In this document: positions 8,194 through 12,593 of the stretch, in pieces
Numbering within the stretch: the first letter of the stretch is position 1
How the letters are laid out: each line of letters opens with the position of its first letter
Assembly: GCA_031367385.1 (NCBI GenBank)
Contig: JANLPS010000525.1
Span: 1 to 12,593, forward strand
Length of the DNA stretch: 12,593 nucleotides
Source of the DNA: Archangium sp.
Lineage (GTDB): Bacteria; Myxococcota; Myxococcia; Myxococcales; Myxococcaceae
Reading direction: 5' to 3'
The notes under the pieces: model-generated
Database searches by the model: none
Told to the model about the DNA's origin: nothing
What the model saw: only the letters and a program-made list of their open reading frames with translations
Position numbers and translations under genes: made by a program

Positions 8194-8223
8194 TCGCCGC
8201 CTTGCGGGGTCGTTCGCTGCCAA

Positions 8224-8868
8224 ATGCTTGTAAAGATTGAAGAAATACAAGAACAGGGGCTCACTCTCACCGAGCCAATCAAGCCGGCCGTGTTGGCCGA
8301 GGCGCTGACCGACAGCGACGACTTCTCGCTCGTCTCGTCTGGCCCGCTGACGGCTTCGTTCAAGAAGGTCTCGGGCAAGGTGCATCTGACGGGCGCGTTC
8401 GACGTGACGGTCACGGCCCCCTGCAAGCGCTGCCTGCTCGACACCGAGCTCACCGTGCCGGTCGCGTTTTCGCTGCGCATGGTCAAAGAGGCGCCCAAGC
8501 CCGACGAGCACGAGCTGGCGGCCGAAGCGGCGCGGGCGGCGGCGCTGGCGGCTGACCCGAACAAGCGCCCGAAGCGAAAGAAGCAGAGCGCCAAGCAAGA
8601 CGAGGCCCTCGACGATGAGCTCGAGGGGTCGATTGAGCTCGATGACATCGATGCCGAACCCTTCGATGGCAAGACCATCGACCTCGACCCGATCGTGCGA
8701 GAGCAGGTTTTGCTGGCATTACCGCTGTCGGTGTTGCACAGCGACGATTGCAAAGGCCTCTGCATGGTCTGCGGGCAAGATTTGAACGCGAAAGATTGCG
8801 GCCATGGCGGCCAGAAACAGATAGACCCCCGCCTCGCGAAGCTGGCCGAATTCAAGTTGAAGAACTGA
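8224..8868 (+). CDS. yceD: YceD/DUF177 family metal-binding protein
   Basis: PCKRCL, IDLDPIVREQVLLALP, CKGLCMVCG and IDPRLAKL; canonical position before rpmF. Confidence 0.92.
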   Translation: MLVKIEEIQEQGLTLTEPIKPAVLAEALTDSDDFSLVSSGPLTASFKKVSGKVHLTGAFDVTVTAPCKRCLLDTELTVPVAFSLRMVKEAPKPDEHELAAEAARAAALAADPNKRPKRKKQSAKQDEALDDELEGSIELDDIDAEPFDGKTIDLDPIVREQVLLALPLSVLHSDDCKGLCMVCGQDLNAKDCGHGGQKQIDPRLAKLAEFKLKN

Positions 8869-8896
8869 AGAGCGATTTTGAAAGGAAGATGAAGCC

Positions 8897-9085
8897 ATGG
8901 GTGTCCCCAAGAAACGCACGTCGAAGATGCGCCGAGATATGCGCCGTGCCGGTAACAACGCGTTGAAGACTCCGGTTCAGGTCTCGAAGTGCTCGAACTG
9001 CGGAGCGTCGATCATGCCGCACCGGGTGTGCCCGTCATGCGGGTTCTACGGCGGCAAGAAGCGCCTCGCCGGTACTGCTGACTGA
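8897..9085 (+). CDS. rpmF: 50S ribosomal protein L32, zinc-ribbon form
   Basis: MGVPKKRTSKMRRDMRR, CSNC and PHRVCPSCGFY. Confidence 0.97.
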   Translation: MGVPKKRTSKMRRDMRRAGNNALKTPVQVSKCSNCGASIMPHRVCPSCGFYGGKKRLAGTAD

Positions 9086-9125
9086 TTCTCGAGCTTTCGA
9101 CTTTTCGCTCGACACGTTTGACGCG

Positions 9126-9161
9126 ACCGGGTGGGCCTCTTGGTGGGGCCCGCACGGTTTT
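9126..9161 (+). terminator. Probable intrinsic terminator or attenuator after rpmF
   Basis: GC-rich stem ACCG-G-GTGGGCC / GGCCCGC-A-CGGT followed by a short T run. Confidence 0.55.
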
Positions 9162-9285
9162 CGTGTATCTGGCTTCGTTCGCTCGAAGCGGGTGAATGCG
9201 CTCGCGACTCTGTGCAGCTGGTTTCGCGCCTGCGAAAAGTCATACGCGGTGACACAGATGCGCCTTTGTGTGTACACGCTCCCCT

Positions 9286-10269
9286 GTGATTCGCGCGCAA
9301 ATCATCGGCACCGGCGGCTACGCACCAGAAAAAGTGGTGACCAACGCTGATCTCGCGAAAATCGTCGAGACGAGCGACGAGTGGATCGTCGATCGCACCG
9401 GTATTCGAGAGCGCCGCATGGCCGCTGACGATGAAGTGACGTCAGACATGGCGGTCAAAGCCGCGATTCGCGCCCTCGAGATGGCGAACACCCGAGTCGA
9501 TGAGATCGACATGATCGTGGTGGGCACCATTTCGCCCGACATGCCGATGCCCGCCTGCGCTGCGTTCGTGGCCCACAAGCTCGGCGCGAAGAATGCCTTT
9601 GCCTTCGACGTGTCGGCGGCCTGTGCAGGCTCACTGTACGGCATGTCAATCGCCACCCAGTTCATCGCCACCGGCATGGTCAAGCGGGCGCTGGTGATCG
9701 GCGTCGAGCTGCTCACGCGCATCATCGACTGGCAAGACCGCAACACCTGCGTGCTCTTCGGAGACGCCGCCGGCGCGATGGTGCTCGGCCCCTCGGTCGA
9801 TGGCGTGCGCGGCATTCTCACGACGCACCTGCACACCGACGGCGCGCAGACCCAGATTCTCTGCATACCCGGAGGCGGGTCGAAGACCCCGGTGTCGCAG
9901 CAGATGATGGCTGACAAGCTGCACAAGGTCTCGATGAACGGCCGCGAGGTGTACAAGTTCGCGGTGCGGGCGCTGACCGAAGCGCTGGCCGAGGCGCTGG
10001 CCGCCAACAACATGACCGCTGATCAGATCACCCACCTGATCGCGCACCAGGCAAACATTCGCATCGTTCAGGCGGTGCTCGAGCGCGCGAACGTGCCGAT
10101 TGAAAAAGCGTGGATCAACATACACAAGTACGGCAACACCTCGTCGGCTTCGCTGCCGATGACGCTCGACGAGGCGAACCGCGCGGGCCGGCTCAAGACC
10201 GGAGACACCATCGCGATGATGGCCATTGGCGCGGGCATGTCGTGGGGCAGCGCGTTGGTGCGGTGGTGA
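9286..10269 (+). CDS. fabH: 3-oxoacyl-ACP synthase III
   Basis: TSDEWIVDRTGIRERR; catalytic Cys (SAACAG), His (AHQAN) and Asn (YGNTSSAS). Start chosen at GTG 9286; alternative 9268. Confidence 0.96.
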   Translation: MIRAQIIGTGGYAPEKVVTNADLAKIVETSDEWIVDRTGIRERRMAADDEVTSDMAVKAAIRALEMANTRVDEIDMIVVGTISPDMPMPACAAFVAHKLGAKNAFAFDVSAACAGSLYGMSIATQFIATGMVKRALVIGVELLTRIIDWQDRNTCVLFGDAAGAMVLGPSVDGVRGILTTHLHTDGAQTQILCIPGGGSKTPVSQQMMADKLHKVSMNGREVYKFAVRALTEALAEALAANNMTADQITHLIAHQANIRIVQAVLERANVPIEKAWINIHKYGNTSSASLPMTLDEANRAGRLKTGDTIAMMAIGAGMSWGSALVRW

Positions 10270-10273
10270 TGCG

Positions 10274-11200
10274 ATGAGCACGGCCTTCGTTTTTCCAGGT
10301 CAGGGCAGTCAGTCGGTCGGCATGGGCCAGGCGTTGGCGGCCGCGTTTCCCGAGGCGAAGGCGGTGTTCGAGGCGGCCGACGATGCGCTCGGCGAAAAGC
10401 TCTCGACCCTGTGCTTCGAGGGGCCTGAAGACAAGCTCAAGCTGACCGCGAATACCCAACCGGCGATCTTGACGGTGTCGGTGGCGGCGCACGCGGTGTT
10501 CTCGAAGCGCTTCGGGGCCCTGCCCGCGTTCGTGGCCGGGCATTCGTTGGGTGAGTATTCGGCGCTGGTCGCCAGTGGCGCGCTGTCGTTGGCCGACGCG
10601 GTTCGGTCGGTTCGCGCTCGCGGTACGTTCATGCAAGAGGCCGTGCCGCCTGGAGTCGGGGCGATGGCCGCGGTGCTGGGCCTGCCGCCAGAGAAGATCG
10701 TCGAGATCTGCGCCGAGGCGTCGCAGGGTGAGGTCGTCTCGGCGGCCAACTTCAACGAGCCGAACCAGACGGTGATCGCTGGGCATGTCGCGGCGGTCGA
10801 GCGGGCCTCGGTGGCGCTGAAGGCGGCTGGGGCGAAGCGGGTGTTGCCACTGCCTGTGAGCGCTCCGTTTCATTGCGCGCTGATGCAGCCGGTGGTGCCT
10901 CGGTTGGCCGAGGTGCTGGGTACGGTCAGGTTCAACGCGCCCAATGCGCCGGTGGTCAGCAATGTCGAGGCGGCTGCGAACCAAGATGCCTCGAAGATCG
11001 TCGCGCTGTTGCTGCGGCAAGTGGTCGGGTCGGTGCGGTGGGTCGAGACGGTTCAGGCGCTCGAGAAGGCCGGAGTGACGAAGATCATCGAGCTTGGGCC
11101 CGGCAAGGTGCTCAGCGGGCTGGTGAAGCGAATCAGCCCGAACGTGCCCTGCGTGAATGTCGAAGACCCGGCGTCGCTCGAGAAGGCGCTCGCCTCATGA
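10274..11200 (+). CDS. fabD: Malonyl-CoA:ACP transacylase
   Basis: [32 protein letters not shown] and [14 protein letters not shown] at 10274, 4 bp after the fabH stop. Confidence 0.97.
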   Translation: MSTAFVFPGQGSQSVGMGQALAAAFPEAKAVFEAADDALGEKLSTLCFEGPEDKLKLTANTQPAILTVSVAAHAVFSKRFGALPAFVAGHSLGEYSALVASGALSLADAVRSVRARGTFMQEAVPPGVGAMAAVLGLPPEKIVEICAEASQGEVVSAANFNEPNQTVIAGHVAAVERASVALKAAGAKRVLPLPVSAPFHCALMQPVVPRLAEVLGTVRFNAPNAPVVSNVEAAANQDASKIVALLLRQVVGSVRWVETVQALEKAGVTKIIELGPGKVLSGLVKRISPNVPCVNVEDPASLEKALAS

Positions 11201-11390
11201 GCGCTCGTGTGGAGTTCGGAGATCGTCGATCGCACACGCTCATCGTGAGCACCCCAGGACCTCTCATGGTGAGCCTGTCGAACCACGAACCACGTAGCCG
11301 GCTGCTCAGTGCGGTCGTTGGACGAGCTCAGGATGAGGGCTCTCCTCTCGCGCTCAACGCGACGCACCACGAAACCCGAGCAGCCCATGA
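11196..11390. repeat. Palindromic REP/MITE-like insert 2 (about 190 bp)
   Basis: CATGA at both ends (11196-11200 and 11386-11390). Inverted arms at 11261-11282 and 11318-11339 (16/22 match). Extra partial arm at 11237-11250. Tandem GAACCAC at 11280-11293. CTCAGGATGAG at 11327-11337 is the reverse complement of 971-981. Confidence 0.75.
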
Positions 11391-11394
11391 CTGA
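11197..11394 (+). CDS. Putative 65-aa bridging micro-ORF spanning insert 2, no recognisable family
   Basis: ATG overlaps the fabD stop (ATGA 11197-11200), reads MSARVEFG...[10 protein letters not shown]...AAHD, and stops 8 nt into fabG (ATGACTGA). Translation is unproven. Confidence 0.35.
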   Translation: MSARVEFGDRRSHTLIVSTPGPLMVSLSNHEPRSRLLSAVVGRAQDEGSPLALNATHHETRAAHD

Positions 11395-12136
11395 CTTCGC
11401 CAACAAAGTCGCCCTCGTGACCGGAGGCTCCCGTGGCATCGGCCGCGCGATCGCGCTCGAGCTGGGCCGCCGTGGCGCGACGGTCATCATCAGCTATGCC
11501 GGCAATGAAGCCGCCGCCACCGAGACCCTCAAGCTGCTCACCGAGGCCGGAGTCGCCAAGAGCAAAGCCATTCGCTTCGACGTCGCCGACACTGCCGCCT
11601 GCGCGCAGGCCATCGAGGGCGTCGTCACCGAGTTCGGCCGCATCGACGTGCTGATCAACAACGCCGGCGTCGCCATCGACGGCCTGATCATGCGCTTCAA
11701 AGACGACGACTGGGACCGAACCCTCGACACCAACCTGCGTGGCGCCTTCGCCCTCATTCGCGCCGCATCGCGCCCGATGATGAAGCAGCGCGGCGGGGCC
11801 ATCGTCAACGTTTCGTCAATCGTCGGAGAAACCGGCAACGGTGGTCAGGCCGCCTACGCCGCCTCGAAAGCCGGGCTGATCGGCCTCACCAAAGCCGTCG
11901 CCAAAGAGCTCGCCTCGCGCAGCATTCGGGTCAACGCCGTCACGCCGGGGTTCATCGCCACCGACATGACCGCCGAGATACCCGACGGCATGAAGGCGAA
12001 GCTGCTCGAGTCGATACCACTTGGCCGGCTGGGTCTGGCCGAAGAAATCGCCAAATCAGTCGCTTTTCTGGCCTCCGACGCCGCCTCGTACATCACCGGC
12101 GAAACCCTCAAGGTCAACGGCGGCATGTACATGTAG
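11387..12136 (+). CDS. fabG: 3-oxoacyl-ACP reductase
   Basis: SDR motifs [17 protein letters not shown] and PGFIATDMT. Start at ATG 11387; upstream in-frame starts fall inside the insert. Confidence 0.97.
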   Translation: MTDFANKVALVTGGSRGIGRAIALELGRRGATVIISYAGNEAAATETLKLLTEAGVAKSKAIRFDVADTAACAQAIEGVVTEFGRIDVLINNAGVAIDGLIMRFKDDDWDRTLDTNLRGAFALIRAASRPMMKQRGGAIVNVSSIVGETGNGGQAAYAASKAGLIGLTKAVAKELASRSIRVNAVTPGFIATDMTAEIPDGMKAKLLESIPLGRLGLAEEIAKSVAFLASDAASYITGETLKVNGGMYM

Positions 12137-12227
12137 TTTCACCGTTGGTTCAACCCTCGGCCGTGTGGTATCGGCCGTGTTCTTTACGACTCACAAAGCC
12201 GCACCCCACCCCCAAGGAAACACGCAA

Positions 12228-12470
12228 ATGACCGCGACGAACGTAGAAGCGAAGGTCAAGTCGATCATCGCCGACCAGCTCGGAGTAGGCGAAGACGAGA
12301 TCAAGCTCGAGTCGTCTTTCATTGAAGACCTCGGCGCCGACTCACTCGACATCGTCGAGCTCGTGATGGCCATGGAGGAGGAATTCGAAATCGAAATTCC
12401 CGACGAAGAGGCCGAGAACATCAAGGCCGTGGGCGACGCCATCAACTACATCAACACCCACAAGAAGTAA
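12228..12470 (+). CDS. acpP: Acyl carrier protein
   Basis: [20 protein letters not shown] with the phosphopantetheine Ser; SD-like AAGGA at 12214-12218. Confidence 0.98.
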   Translation: MTATNVEAKVKSIIADQLGVGEDEIKLESSFIEDLGADSLDIVELVMAMEEEFEIEIPDEEAENIKAVGDAINYINTHKK

Positions 12471-12480
12471 GGCGACCATC

Positions 12481-12593
12481 GTGTCGACCCCACTCCGACG
12501 CGTCGTGATTACCGGTACCGGCCTGATTACGGGCTTGGGCACCGGTACCGAAAAAAACTGGCAAGCGATTCTGGCGGGCAAGTCGGGCATCGG
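12481..12593 (+). CDS. fabF: 3-oxoacyl-ACP synthase II, N-terminus only
   Basis: GTG 12481 reads MSTPLRRVVITGTGLITGLGTGTEKNWQAILAGKSGI, a typical FabF start directly after acpP. Confidence 0.9.
   Translation, partial: MSTPLRRVVITGTGLITGLGTGTEKNWQAILAGKSGI

Noticed and set aside
197..11020. Many long overlapping or antisense ORFs (for example 197-1024, 1275-2150, 5490-6341, 7878-8855, 10193-11020)
   Set aside because: Shadow ORFs of real genes in GC-rich DNA; Arg/Ala/Gly-rich with no recognisable motifs.
11309..11386. N-terminal extension of FabG ([13 protein letters not shown]...)
   Set aside because: Derived from the repeat insert; FabG-like sequence begins at ATG 11387.
12511..12550. ACCGGTACCG repeated at 30-bp spacing
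   Set aside because: Explained by repeated Thr-Gly-Thr codons in fabF.

Overview
GC-rich bacterial chromosome segment; the gene content and order suggest a myxobacterium (inference). The left part, on the minus strand, is a phosphate regulon cluster: phoB/phoP-like regulator, phoR, a metallophosphoesterase, a second phoB-like regulator, pstS, pstC, pstA and the start of pstB. The middle holds a PilZ protein and an apparently frameshifted membrane-anchored alpha/beta hydrolase. The right part, on the plus strand, is yceD-rpmF-fabH-fabD-fabG-acpP-fabF (partial), with no plsX. The most unusual signal is two related ~200-bp palindromic-repeat inserts at the pstC/pstA and fabD/fabG junctions. Each is spanned by a small ORF overlapping the upstream stop and the downstream start, each has a motif duplicated at a 24-bp period, and each coincides with a switch in G/C skew and synonymous codon choice in the flanking genes. 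All counts were made by hand and no searches were run.
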